Of a stretch of DNA of 64,000 nucleotides, positions 28,401 to 41,848 are shown one piece after another. Each line of letters begins with the position of its first letter. Position 1 is the stretch's first letter. The DNA lies in the NCBI RefSeq assembly GCF_009914755.1, contig NC_060931.1; one strand, written 5' to 3'. Under the pieces are notes generated by a model. It saw only the letters and a program-made list of their open reading frames with translations, did no database searches and had not been told where the DNA came from. The position numbers were made by a program, and so were the translations under genes. The DNA is from the human T2T-CHM13v2.0 reference genome, Homo sapiens.

Positions 28401-31400
28401 ATTGCTCATTAATGTTCTTTTCTTTCTGACTGAAGTACTCCCTTTAGCATTTGTAGTAGGATAGGTGTGGTGTTGATGAAATCTCTCCACTTTTGTTTGT
28501 CTGGGGAAGTCTTTAGTTTTCCTTCACGTTTGAAGAATATTTTCACCAGATACACTAATCTAGGTTAGTTTTCTTTTTCTTTTAGCACTTAATTACGTCA
28601 TGCCCCTCTCTTCTGGCCTATAAGGTTTGCACTGAAAAGTCTGCTGCCAGACATATGGGAGCTCCATTGTATGTTGTTTGTTTCTTTTCTCTTGCTGCTA
28701 TTAGGGTCCTTTCTTTATCCTTGACCTTTGGGAGTTTGATTATTAAATGCCTTGAGGCAGTCTTTTGAGTTAAATCTGCTTGGTGTTCTATAACCTTCTT
28801 GTATTTGATATGGGTATCTTTCTCTAGGTTTGGGAAGTTCCCTGTTATTATCCCTTTGAATAAACTTTCTACCCGTCTTTTTCTCTACCTTCTCTTTAAG
28901 GCCAACAACTCTTAGATTTGCCCTTTTGCAGCTATTTTCTAGATCCCGCAGGTATGCTTCATTGCTTTTTTATTCTTTTTTGTGGTTGTTTCCTCTAACT
29001 TTGTATTTTCAAATACTCTATCTTCAAGCTCACTAATTCCTCTTCTGCTTGATCAATTCTCCTATTAAAAGACTCTGATGAATTCTTCAGTATGCCAAAT
29101 TCCAGAATTTCTGCTTTATTCATTTTAGTTATTTCAATCTCTACTAAATTTGTCTGATAGAATTCTGAATTCCTTCTTTGTGTTATCTTGATTTTTCTTT
29201 GAGTCTCCTCAAAACAGCTATTTTGAATTCTCTGTCTGAAAGGTCACATATCCGTTTCTCCAGGATTGGTCCCTAGTGCCTTATTTAGTTCATTTGGTGA
29301 GGTCATGCTTTCCTGGATGGTCATGACACTTGTAGATATTTGTCTGTGTTTGGGCATTGAAGAGTTAGGTATTCATTGTAGTCTTCTCAGTCTGGGCTTG
29401 TTTGTACCCATCCTCCTTGGGAAGGCTTTCCATATATTCAGAAGGACTTGGGAGTTGTGATCTAAGCTGTATGTGCTTTAGGGGCCACCCCATGCCCAAT
29501 AATGCAGTGGTTCCTCCAGACTCATAGAGGTACTGCCTTGATGGTCTTGGATAAGATTTAGAAGAATTCTGTGGATTACCAGACTGAGACTCTTGTTCTC
29601 TTTCCTTACTTTCTCCCAAACAGAGCCTCTCTCTCTGTTCTGAGCCACCTGGAGCTGGCAGTGGAGTGACCCAAGCACCCTTGTGGCCACCACCACTAGC
29701 ACTGTGCTGGATCAGACCCAAAGTCACCACAGCATTGGGTGTTGCCCAAGGCTTACCATAACCAGTCCTTGGCTGCAGCTTATGTTCGCTTAAGGCCCTA
29801 GGGCTCTACACTTAGCAGGTGGTAAAGCCAGCCAGGCCTGTGTTCTTCCTTTCAGGTGGTGAGTTCCTCCACTCCCCACGCAGGTCCAGAAGTGCCATCT
29901 GGGAGCTAAGAACTAAAAGCAAAAACCTTAGAATTCTACGTGGTATTCTAGTGTGCTGCGGCTGAGCTGGCACTCAAGCCACAAGGCACAGTCCTTCCCA
30001 CTCTTCCCACCCCTTTCCAAACAGAGAGGAGCCTCACCCTGTGGCCACACTACCATAGGCTCATGAGGAGTACTGCCAGACTACCTCTGATGTTCCTTGA
30101 GGGCCTAACAGCTCTTCAGTCAGCTTGTGGTGAATGCTGCCTGGTTTGGGACTCACTTTTCAGGGGAACAGGCTCCCCTCTGGCCCAGGGCAGGTCCAGA
30201 AATGCCATCCAAGAGCCAACTCCTGGAATTGGGGACCCTGAGAGTCCTCTTGGTGCTCTATCCCCCTGTAGCCAAGGTGGCACCTAAGGTGCAAGACAAA
30301 GTCCCCTTTACTTTTCCCTCCTCTGTTCTTCACGTGAAAGGCATCTTGCCACCTAGCCACCAGATTTGGGAATAGGCTGAGTCTCACCTGAAGGCAGCAA
30401 GTCTCAGAGGCTCACCCAAGGCCCTTGCCATGATACCTGGCTATTACTGCTGGTTATTCAGGACCCAAGGACTCTTTAGTTAGGAGATAATTAATCCTGC
30501 CAGGAGTAGGTCCTTCCTTTCAAGGCAGTGGGTTCTCTTCTGGTCTCAGGTATGTATAGAAATGTTGTCCAGGAGCTACAGCCTGGAAAGGGGACCTCAT
30601 GACTCTGACTGATGTCCTATCCTGCTGTGGCTGAGCTTATCCAAGATGCAAAACAAAGTTTTCCACATTATTCCATCTCCTCTCCTCAAGTGGAGGGAAA
30701 GGGTCTCTTTTGGAGCCACAAGCTGTGCAGCCTGGGGTTAGGGGAATGGTGATGCCAGCACTCCCTTAGCTTCCCCTGACTGATGTGTCATTAGGTCACA
30801 TGCCCCGCTTAGCCCACTATCACTGTCTCTGGGCCCAGTTCAGCATTAGGGCTTGCCTAGGAGTTGTAGTCCCAGTGGCCTAGACTGCCACTGTAGCCCA
30901 TGGTGGCAAGGCTTGCGGGGAACTCAAGTTTAGACTGCTGGGGGTCAGTGATTCCCCTCTGTTTAGGGCTGGATTAAATGCTCCCTCCATGGGTGAGCAT
31001 CAGTTAAGTTTCATCCAGTTTTTTTCTTTTATAATAGGACAGCACTGAGCTCAATGCCTCATAATTACTGCACTCTCTCTCTCCCCAGTGCACAGAAAAG
31101 CTCTCTGCACCATGCCACTGCTGTCACAGGATGAGGGAGGGGTGGTGTCGGTGATTCAAGACTGTTTTACCACCTCTTCAGTGCCTCTTTCAGTGATATA
31201 AAGTTAAAACCGGAGCCTAAGACCTAAAATCATAAAAACCCTAGAAGAAAACCTGGGCAATACCTTTCAGGACATAGGCATGGGCAAAGACTCCATGAAT
31301 AAAACACCAAAAGCAATGGCAACAAAAGCCAAAATTGACAAATGGGATCTAATTAAACTAAAGAGCTTCTGCACAGCAAAAGAAACTATCATCAGAGTGA

Positions 31401-32525
31401 ACAGGCAACCTACAGAATGGGAGAAAATTTTTGCAATGTATCCATCTGACAAAGGGCTAATATCCAGAATCTACAAAGAACTTAAACAAATTTACAAGAA
31501 AAAAACAAACAATGCCATCAAAAGTGGGTGAATGAAATGAACAGACACTTCTCAAAAGAAGACATTTATACAGCCAACGGACATATGAAAAAATGCTCAT
31601 CATCACTGGTCATAACAGAAATGCAAATCAAAACCACAAGGAAATACCATCTCATGCCAGTTAGAATGGTGATCATTAAAAAGTCAGGAAACAACAGATG
31701 CTGGAGGGGATGTGGAGAAATAGGAACGCTTTTACACTGTTGGTGGGAGTGTAAATTAGTTCAACCATTGTGGAAGACAGTGTGGCAATTCCTCAAGGAA
31801 CTAGAACCAGAAATACCATTTGACCCAGCAATCCCATTACTGGGTATATTCCCAAAGGATTGTAAGTCATTCTACTATAAAGACACATGCACACATATGT
31901 TTATTGTGGCACTGGTCACAATAGCAAAGACTTGGAACCAAGCAAAATACCCATCAGTGATAGCCTGGATAAAGAAAATGTGGCACATATACACCATGGA
32001 ATACTATGTAGCCATAAAAAGAATGAGTTCATGTCCTTTGCAGGGACATGGATGAAGCTGGAAACCATCATTCTCAGCAAACTAACACAAGAACAGAAAA
32101 GCAAACACTGCATGTTCCCACTCATAAGTGGGAGCTGAACAATGAGAACGCATGGATACAGGGAGGGGAACATCACACACTGGGGCCTGTCAGGGGGTGG
32201 CGGACTAGGGGAGGGATAGCATTAGGAGAAATACCTAATGCAGATGACAGGTTGATGGGTGCAGCAAATCACCATGGCACGTGTATACCTATGTAACGAA
32301 CCTGCACATTCTGCACATGTATCCCAGAATATAAAGTATAATAATAATTTTAAAAAAACAGGTACTGTGAATGCTCACCTGATTTTTTGTTCTTATGAAG
32401 GTGGTTTTTTTTTGTTGTTTTTTGTTTTTTTTTTTTTTTGGCAGACAGTTGTTAGATTAGTGTGTTTGCAGGGGTTGGGGGACAATCGGTGGAGACTTCT
32501 ATTCTGCCTTCTTGCTCTGCCCCTT
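25498..32525 (-). mobile_element. L1MA2/MA3-like, both termini present, internally deleted and interrupted by an L1PA
   Basis: MA2/3-type 3'UTR (ggggtatccatcccctcaagcatttatcctttg); endonuclease remnant KDTHRLKIKGRKKIFHANGN at 27632-27859; 5' terminus antisense ttctattctgccttcttgctctgcccc at about 32497-32523. Confidence 0.9.
31214..32354 (+). mobile_element. 5'-truncated L1PA7-like, nested in the L1MA 5'UTR
   Basis: ORF2 C-terminal remnants ([30 protein letters not shown]; [18 protein letters not shown]); 3'UTR gaaatacctaatgcagatgacaggttgatgggtgcagc; host sequence aagttaaaacc...aggtactgtg resumes after it. Confidence 0.95.
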
Positions 32526-32704
32526 ACCAATCCTGTACCTTGAATTTTTAAATGCACCCTGATATTTCTAATTGCCCCTTAATTTCTAAGCAAAGTTTGA
32601 CAATAACTGGTGTAGAGTTTTTTTAATTTTCTTGAATTCTTGGAGGGCCAGACACAAAGTGCTTGGTTCAATGCTGAGTGACTCTACTGGCTGAATGTTG
32701 CTTT

Positions 32705-32830
32705 TCAATAATAAAATTGCCTGGGACCCACTCCTGGTAGTTCAGATTCAATTAGTTTAGGGAAGGGCCCAAACATCAGAATATTTCAAACCTCAGCTAA
32801 TTGTCATATGCATCCAGGTTAGGACTCATT
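32705..32830. mobile_element. MER5A-like fragment
   Basis: ttgcctgggacccactcc...ttcagattcaattagtttagggaagggccc. Confidence 0.55.
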
Positions 32831-33149
32831 ATTTAAGATATTGCAAGAAGGAATTGGAAAAACACCTTTAATTGTCATAGGAAAAATAGACATAGCTTAC
32901 AGGGAGAAAATATGATGGTTCTAAATATATATATATATAGGGTAGCAACTGCTTGCCTTGGTATTTTGTAATAACAAATCTAACATTTTGGTAAATGATG
33001 GTGGGAACTGAAATAGCATTAAACACGGGGTTGGATTACCACATCCACATTTAAACCTTCTTTTAATCTACTTATTTTCAGAGTTTAAAAATAGCACAAT
33101 GTTTTGAACATAGTGGATACACAGTCAATATTTAATGTCCTATCAGATA

Positions 33150-34060
33150 AAGGCAATATTATAACATTCCTGGGATAATTTCCATACTGAAGTAATAAAT
33201 GAGGATGTATTATAATATAAAGCATTATATATTATGCAACCAGAAACACTTATATTGCACTTTTAAACTAGGAGAGAAAGTTATGTCATTCTTAATATAG
33301 TAATCTATCTAAAACCAGCATTTAACAACATAGTTAATAGGGAGACTAGAGGCATTTATATAAAAGTCATTATGAGGCAAGAATACTCATCATTATTGAA
33401 TATTGTTATGGTAGTTCTACTGAATGCAACCAGACTAGGGAGGAAAAGGAGTAAAGGGCTTAACTCTTGGGAAGGGAAAAAAGATTGTTATTTGCAGATG
33501 ATATAATAGACTGCCTAGAAAATTAAAGAAAATTAGTTGAAGATCTGCTAAAACCAATGAAAAAGTCCACTGTGAATATTACATAGAAAATAAATATGGA
33601 CGAGTATTAATTTTCCTATATATCAGGAGGTGCAAACTCAAATGTCTTTAAAAGATAGGTAGGTAACCTAAATGCATGACCTCTCCTTGTGTGGGCAATA
33701 TGCTGTTCACAATAGCAAGAAAAATATAAACTAGCTGACTTAACAAGAAACACACAGAGTCTTTATGCTGAACCTATGAAAATTGAGCAAATAAAGAAAT
33801 ATATAGTGTGTTTTTAGATCACTTGGAGAACAAACAGGCGATACTAGCCAGGAATGTTTAGAATAATGAGTGTAAGAAGGGAGAACTTTGGCTATCCCTA
33901 TCAAATATTAAAATGTATGTGATAACTATGGCAATTGAGATGGAGTCTTCTATTTCTGTTTTACTTGTTTACTTGTTTGATGAAAGAATAGGTAGATCAT
34001 TAGAACAGAAAATAAGAAACAAAAACATAGGCAAGTGTAGATAAAATTCTAGCCTATGTC
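33150..34060 (+). mobile_element. Ancient L1 (ME/M5-type) ORF2 relic
   Basis: ttatttgcagatgatata encodes the RT motif LFADD at about 33488-33505; other degenerate ORF2 segments. Confidence 0.65.
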
Positions 34061-34061
34061 A

Positions 34062-35410
34062 CATTCATTCATTTATTTAAAAATAATGCTCTAAGCACTA
34101 TTCTAGTCACTGAGGATACAACAGTGAATATGGTAGACAAGAGTCTGTTTCTCTTTGTATTCTGATTGGAGAGACAGACAATGCTCTTTTTCTCTCTCTC
34201 ATATACATGCATATATATATTATATATAAGATATGTATATAATATATATAATACATAAGAAAAATAAAGATAATTCATGTAGGGTGGTATAATTTTGACT
34301 TGAGGAGGTGACATTTAATCTGATAAGTGAATGGCTAGAAGAAGTGAGCCATGCAAATGCAGGGGAAAGAACCTTTCAAAGAAAGTATCAGGCTTGGTGT
34401 AGTCAAGAAACGGAAAGAAGTATGGTGGAGAAGAGTAGGCAAGGGGGCGAGAATATGTGAGGTTGACAGGAGTTAGATTTTGTAGGACTTTGTACCCAAG
34501 ATAAAGAACTTGGATTTTATTTTTTAAGTATAATAAAGAAATAATGGAAGGTTTTAAAGCAGAGGAGTGACAGTCTGACTTGTCATTTATAAACATCACT
34601 CTGGTTTCTATTTGTAGAATGAACTACAAAGAGCCAGTATGGAAATGGCCAACCCAGACAGGAGCCTATCAGAGTAGTCTGGGAAAGATGAAAGTGACCA
34701 GGATAAAGTAGGGGTAGTGAAGTTGGAAGGAAGTGAATTAATTTGGGATATGTTTTGGAGGAAAAGTCAAAAAGATTGAATTGGGACACTGAAGAAAATA
34801 AAGGAATCACGATAATTCCTAGTTATGGTCTAAAAGAACTGGGTGCATGATACTAAGAAGACTAGAGAAAGACCAGGATGGGGGTGGGTGTGGGGAATCA
34901 AAAGTTTCAAATATAGTAAGTTTTAGATGTCTATCAGAGATTTGAGGAAGTAACAAGCAGGCAGTAACCTACAGAAATCTGGTGTCCTGGCAAGTTGGGC
35001 TTGAGATATCCATGTTGGGCAATAATCGATGATTATATTTAAAGCCAAGGCACAAATGAGCATGTTAGGGAGGCAAAGGAGTCCTAAAAATGTGCCCGCA
35101 TGCTGGCATTTGGAGGACACACAGAAAAGGAGCAAGGCAGCAGGGGAAACAGGAAAAAGATAGCTGGGGTGGCTGGAGAAAAACCAGACAGGTATTGAAG
35201 CAGACAGAAGGAAGTAGTTCAGGGAAGGGGTAGTCAATTGTGCTAAATCCTGTGGATAGTTGAAGCAATATACAAACAAAATAGAGAGCACTACCTAGCT
35301 TGAAAAGAGCAATCTTGGTGAAGCTGATGGGTATGCAATACCTTTTAGAATGAGAGGCAAGGAGGTGGAGATAGCTACTTTTGACAACCTTTTTAGTGTC
35401 ACTGAAGTGA
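34062..35410 (-). mobile_element. L2a-like LINE fragment
   Basis: cattcattcatttattt tail; ctgaggatacaacagtgaat; gaaggttttaaagcagaggagtgacagtctgact; tgacaacctt. Confidence 0.85.
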
Positions 35411-38400
35411 CATTTCAACCAATATTGTAATAGAAAAAAAATTACTTCAATTTGCTAAAATCAGTTCAAACCAGCAGGGAGAATGATCATTTTATAAATG
35501 ACCTTGGTATAATTTATTAGTTATTGGAAAAATTAAATAATTGATTAAAATTTTAGGAAAAAAAGAAAGTAATACTTCAAAAAGATAAGAAATCTGTCTC
35601 TAACTGGTAGTATAATGTGTATTTTCATTTTGTAGTTATACATTTTTCTAATTTTTCCATAATATACTCTTGTTTAATTAAAAGAATCAATGTCTTTTTT
35701 AAGAAAACCAAACAATTTTAGCAAACCTCTAGGCTCAAAACCAAATTAAATCAATTCAGTGCAACAGACTATTGGCTTTGCATCAGGTTCCTACCATCTG
35801 GAAAGGTGTGCAATATAAGAATGTCAAGGAAGATATATAACACAAGGTGAAGCAAGGTGAGTCTTCCAATCAGAGCACAAGGCACCTATGAGAAGTCAAA
35901 AGAAGGGCTTATAACTCCTGGTTCCTGGTCAGAGTTTCAGAGTAAAACTCTGAAAAAAAGAAAATAACTTGACAAAGGGAAGGTCATGGTGACTGGGTCA
36001 TCATGAGCAACGTTACTAGAGTGGTAAGGCAGAATCTGTACCTTCTTAAGTCACTCTGTGGGAGAAATCCACAGGACATGGTGAGCAACCCATGGTTACC
36101 ACCAAGAGCTCTTCAGTGAAGTTAGAAATGGAGAAAAATCCAAGAAGCTCCCCTTCCTTTTCCCTCAGGAATGCCTACTCATCAATTAAATAAAGAATAG
36201 CTAAGTAACATGTATAACCAGGATCTCTAAAGTGTGTGTGTCTGCATGTGAATGTCTCAATCACCACAGGAAATTATAATCAGCTGTTCACAGCCCTGAA
36301 TTCTTTCTGGGTCTTGTGTCCAGTGCTCAAGTAGCTTGTCTGAGTCCAATTAGGGAAGGGTTAGCTCTGATTAAGTTTAAAGAAATGTGGTTAGTGAAAG
36401 AAGCCACAAAATGAAGACTTCAGAATGGAGACACCACTCCTCTCTGTTTTACATGGTGCCTGTTATTGCTGTGGGTTTTGGAGATTCACTGGATTGGTCT
36501 GTTACTCATGGTAAAGTCCACCTGGTATAGCATGTTGCAAAGATGAGAAGGATCTGAATTTCTGCATCTGACTCAGTGGAAGATGGAGATACCTCCTTAA
36601 AATTGAGGCAAGTATTCTCTGAGTGGAAGGAGGAATAAAAGGAAAAAGAAAGTATTATTCAGAATTCTACTTGTATCTGACACAGAAACAGTGAGTTTAA
36701 GGCTATTGTTAGCCACTGTCTCTGGTTCCCCACATAGTCCTTAGGCTAGTGGTGTAGAGGAAGTGATCTGTTGTGGAGAGGGTATATATGACTGCGTTGC
36801 TTCTATCAGGAAGCCATGAAGTTGCCAGGGTATACTTAGACCCAGAAAAAGATTTTTAAATGTCAGTGGCATTACTCACATGTCTCTTCTGGCTGTCTCA
36901 GTGCGTTCTTCACCCTCACACAGAGATTGACACGTTTCCCATATCCCTGGTCAAAAATAGAATGTCCTTCTCATTTCAGCTCTGAAACACTCAAATGGTG
37001 TGTCCCAAGCTTTTGCAGTCTTCTTCAATTCATAACCCAAAGCCAATACAAGCAAGGTGTCTGAGTGCTTTTAATATGTGTATGTACTTACAACTCTCAT
37101 TATATAAATTGTTTTCCCTTGAGATGCTTCTCATTGCTAGAAAGTCCTGCTTTTATGCTTATATTTCTCTTTAAACTTTACTTTTATGCCAACAGATGAT
37201 GTGCTTGACTCTATTTTCCATTTAATGTTAGGATATTGGACTCTTGGCAAAGCATAATGAGGGGCCCAGTTCACTCTCAGTTTAAATGCTAAGATAATGT
37301 ACTTCTGCATAAGATGAAAGAGACACCTATCCAATGGCTGCCCTTTAGTCTGACTGTTCTGCTGCCTGTAAATCATTTGGGTATGGACAGATGGCCTCTG
37401 TTTGAACCAAGCACTCCCCTTCACTAGCTATCATCTTCTTCCCTCTTATTACCCTGGCTAATTCTTATTCTGATTCCTGATATGCACCTTAGGCTGTCTC
37501 TGTTTGTTGGACTTATTCAGAATTTTTTCACTGACTCAACAGCCTTCCTCTTCTCTACCCACCCTCACCTTCCTTGAGCTTCCAAGGAGAATGGCAAGCT
37601 CATTTGTGTACTTCTAGAGCAACCCTGTCACAGAGCTAATGGCTACCAATGAACAACAAATTAGCAGATGATGCCTGCACTTGATGGCTGGATTTGGTCA
37701 AGCCATTGTTTGCTACTTTTAAATAATGTTACATGGTATTGTTTTTATACTCAGTTATTAATGAGTCCTTCTTCACCTCGTTCCTCCATTCTTCCAGTTT
37801 CAAGATGATTTGTGATGAAGACTTTTCTCAGCTCCTTTCGGAGAAGACCAAAGTTAAGAATTCAGACTTAATTGGTACTTGCCTTCATAGCTTCCACACT
37901 CGCTTTGCTCTGTCATTTTCATATGGTGCCACAAATTCCCTCCCACCTTCTAGGGCACAAAATAATCTCTTATTGTTGGAGAAACTCAAAGGATACTCTA
38001 TGAATGTCTATTTGGGATTTCTAATTCTTACTTTACATTTGATCTACCATATTTTTCTCTTTATTTGGGCAATCTTTGCTTTTTAAACAATATATATTTT
38101 TAAAATTACAAAATAAATGCATTTGTGATAAACTCAGAAAATATAGAAAAGGTCCAGTGAAGGGACATAGAATCATTTATAATCTCCCCATTTATTATTA
38201 ACTTTGACTTATATCTAATATATTTTCTATCTAGTAACATAATTACAATCATATTTTATACACTGTATCTCTTTTTCACTCAACAATCCATTATTATTTC
38301 CCCATAGTAATAAATATTCTTTATAATATTAAGAATAACATAACCTTCTCTCCTAGTGTAAGCACTTTCTTTTTAATTCAGGAGTGGATTCTGAATGTTA

Positions 38401-38477
38401 TCACACATCTTTTTCATTACTATTGAGATGTGTGCTCTGGTTTCTTCCAGTAATCTATTGGCATAAAAAGCAATATC

Positions 38478-38690
38478 ACTAGTGGTAAGAGTGTCACTCT
38501 ATAGCCAGACTTCCTGGATTCAAGCCTGCCTCTGCCCTTACCAATTGTGTGACTTTGAACAACTTACTCAATATCCCAACACTTGAACTTTCTTATCTGT
38601 AAACGAGGCACAATAATGGGACCCATATAATTTATTCTTGTGAAAATTGAATGAATATATGAGCAGATCTTAGGATACCACCTGACAAAA
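38478..38690 (+). mobile_element. MIR
   Basis: tagtggtaagagtg...ccagacttcctggattcaagcc...tgtgactttgaacaacttact...tctgtaaa. Confidence 0.8.
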
Positions 38691-38904
38691 AACCAGAACA
38701 ATGTGTTTGTAATTGCTTCTCAATCCTGAAAGTAATTTCACTTTGTCAAGTACTCTTAATATACTGCAGAGTTATCTCATGTTTATTTAGAACTGGGAAT
38801 GATCTCCAGTTTTTTCATTATTCAACTTTGTTCACATTTGGCATCAAAATATATGGTCTTTTAAAAATGAAGTTAAAAGGGAAGTTTCATTTTATTCCCT
38901 ATGC

Positions 38905-40560
38905 TTTCGAACAATGAAAAAGAACTAGAGAAGAACAAAGTCAGAGGACAAACACTAGCCAGCTTCAAGACTTCCCGTAAAGATATAGTAATCAAAACAA
39001 TGTGGTATTGGCAAAAGAATAGACAAAGAGATCAACGAAACAGAATAGATTACCCAGAAATAGACCCACAAAAATATATTCACCTGATATTTGACAAAGA
39101 AGCAAAGGCAATATAGTGGAGAAAAGATAATCTTTTCAATACACCATGCTGAAACAACAGGACATCCAAATGCAATGAACCTAGACACAAACCTTACAAC
39201 CTTCACAAAACTCAACTTAAATGGATCACAGGCCTAAAGGTAAAATGTAAAAGTATAAGTCCCCTAGAAATAACATAGGAGTAACTCTAGATGACTTTGG
39301 GTTTGGTAATGACTTTTTAGATGCAGCACCAAAGGCATGATCCATGAAAGAAATAACTGATAAGCTGAACTTCATTAAAATAAAAAAAAATTCTGTTCTG
39401 TAAAATACTGTCAAGAAGATGAAAAGGCAAGCCACAGACTGGGAGAAAATATTTACAAAAGACGTATTTGATAAAGGACTGTTATCCTACAAGGCACCTA
39501 TTCAACAATGAGAAAATAAACAACCTGATTTGAAAATGAGCCAAAGACCTCAACAGACATCTCACTAAAGAAGATATACAGTGGGAAATAAGCATACGAA
39601 AAGATGTTCCACATCATATATCGTCAAATAAATGCAAATTAAAACAGCAATACAATATCGCTACACACCTATTATAATGGCCAAAATCCAGAACACTGAC
39701 AATACTAAATGCTGGTGAGGATGTAGAGCAACAGGAATTATCATTCACTGCTGTAATGAATACAAATGCAAAATGGAACAGCCACTTTGGGAGACAGTTT
39801 GGTGGATTCTTACAAAACTAAACATACTCTTACCATGGGATCCAGAAATTATATGCCTTGGTATTTACTCAAAGGAACTGAAAACTTATGTCCACACAAA
39901 AACTTGCACACACACGTTTATTGCAGGCTTATTCATAATTTTGCAAATATTTGGAAACAGCTAAGACATCCTTCCGTAGATGAATGAAAAATAAACTGTG
40001 GTACATAAAGATAATGGACTATTTTCCAGTGCTAAAAAGAAATGAGCTACCAAGCCATGAAAAGACAAAGAGAAAACTTAGGTGCATATTACCAAGTGAA
40101 GGAAGCTCATCTGAAAATGCCACATACTGTATGATTCCAACTATATGACATTCTGGAAAAGCCAAAGCTATGGAGACAGTGAAAACTTTAGTGGTTGGCA
40201 GGGGGTAGTGGGAGGGAGAGATGAATAGGTGGAGAACAGAGGATTTTTAGGGAAGTGAAAATACTCTGTAAGATACTATAATGGTGGACACATGTCATTA
40301 TACATCTCCAAACTCACGGAATGTAGGGCACCAGGAGTGAACCCTAATGGAAACTATGAGCTTTGGATGATGATGTGTTACTGGAAGTTCATTAGCTGTA
40401 ACAAATGTACCACTCTGTGGGGATGCTATAAATGAGGGAGGCTATGCATGTGTCGGGGGAGGAGGAGGAGAGACCCCTACCATGGGGTTTCTCTGTGTGT
40501 TCATTTCAGTTTTGCTGTTAACCTAACACTGCTCTAAAAAATATGGTTTCTTTACAAAAA
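38905..40560 (+). mobile_element. L1MC1/MC2-like 3' portion
   Basis: ORF2 remnant KNKVRGQTLASFKT...IKTMWYWQKNR; MC-type 3'UTR gaggatttttagggaagtgaaaatactctg, gagtgaaccctaatg. Confidence 0.88.
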
Positions 40561-40782
40561 ACTTAGAGTAATCTCACACTTGAAGGTTTGAGAAGACTCA
40601 CTCAGAACTTCTAAGACCAGCATTTCTTACCAGTAAACTTTTTTAAATATTATGTTTTTCTATGGTTATCAAGTGTTCTACTTCTTAAGAAGTTATTTTT
40701 GATAACATACTTTCCTAAAAATTTTTCAATTTTTTCAATATTTTTAGGTAGTATTTTTTCTTTCCTTAAAAATAGGGAGCCG

Positions 40783-40818
40783 AAAAAAAATAAAAAATAA
40801 AAAATAAAAATAAATAAA
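40783..40818. repeat. (AAAAAT)n-like A-rich repeat
   Basis: aaaaaaaataaaaaataaaaaataaaaataaataaa. Confidence 0.85.
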
Positions 40819-41644
40819 TCCACTTTATATCAAACACTATATTTACTTTCCCATTCATAGTTTTAGCTGTATTTATTCTCTCTTTTCTTTGAGAAGACTA
40901 GCTAGAGATTTATCTATTAGTTTTTTTCTTCAAACAATTTTCAGGCTTATTTTAATCCTACCATCTTTCTATTTTCTGATATAATTATTTTTGCTTTAAT
41001 ATTTGTGTATGCTTTTCTTAGAGTTACTTTATTTTACTTAACTTCTTGAGTTTAGTGCTTATTTAAATTATTTTAATTCTGTGTTCTTTAATAATGAAAG
41101 CATGGAAATGGAAATCTAGGAGCTTTTCCCTGAGCACAAGAATATACCCTTCTTTACATCTGTCTTCTCCAGTTTTTAGAGAAGGTACATTTTGTTTTAA
41201 ATTCAACATGTACCTGTGCAAACACATTGTATAGTTTTCTTCTTGTCTAACTAAAATGCAGATTGTCTCTTTAAACAAACAAACAATCAAATAATTTAGC
41301 ATGCCTCCTACCCCACTTCCTAGCCATGCCTGTTTTGGTAACATAATTTGGAGATTTAGGCAGACTATTGTCTTTAACGTTTAAGTTTTACATTACACAT
41401 TTCCTATTTTCAGTAGTCCCCATCGAGCCTATTATAAGAAAACTTCCCTATTCTTGTGCTTTTTTTTAATGTTTATTAAGGTTTGAACAGATCTTTGAAG
41501 ATTTTTTTTCCAAACAAAATTAATAGGTGGTATATTTTCTAAGCTCCTGAATACTCAAAAAAGTCCTATTTCCTTCACATGAGAAAGAAAGCATTGACGG
41601 AAATAATAATCTAAGTCACAGTAGCTTAACCTCAAAATGCTGAA

Positions 41645-41848
41645 TTTGCACTGTCCAATATGGGTGGCATTAACCACATGGAGCTATTTAAATTAAAATT
41701 ACTAAAATTAAGTAAAATGAAAATTCAGTCCACTGGTCACATTTCAAGGGTTCCATAGCTCAACAGGAGTAGTGGCTACCATATGGTACAGCACACATCT
41801 AGAACATTTTCATCATTGCAGAAAGTTTTATTGAACAGCAGTTCCTAG
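41645..41848. mobile_element. MER3 hAT MITE
   Basis: cactgtccaata...aaaattcagtcc...cacatttcaag...tagtggctaccata...tagaacattttcatcattgcagaaagtt. Confidence 0.8.

Noticed and set aside
31280-32138. ORFs of 83-175 aa with clear L1 ORF2p C-terminal similarity
   Set aside because: Frameshifted pieces of a 5'-truncated L1PA; not a gene and not retrotransposition-competent.
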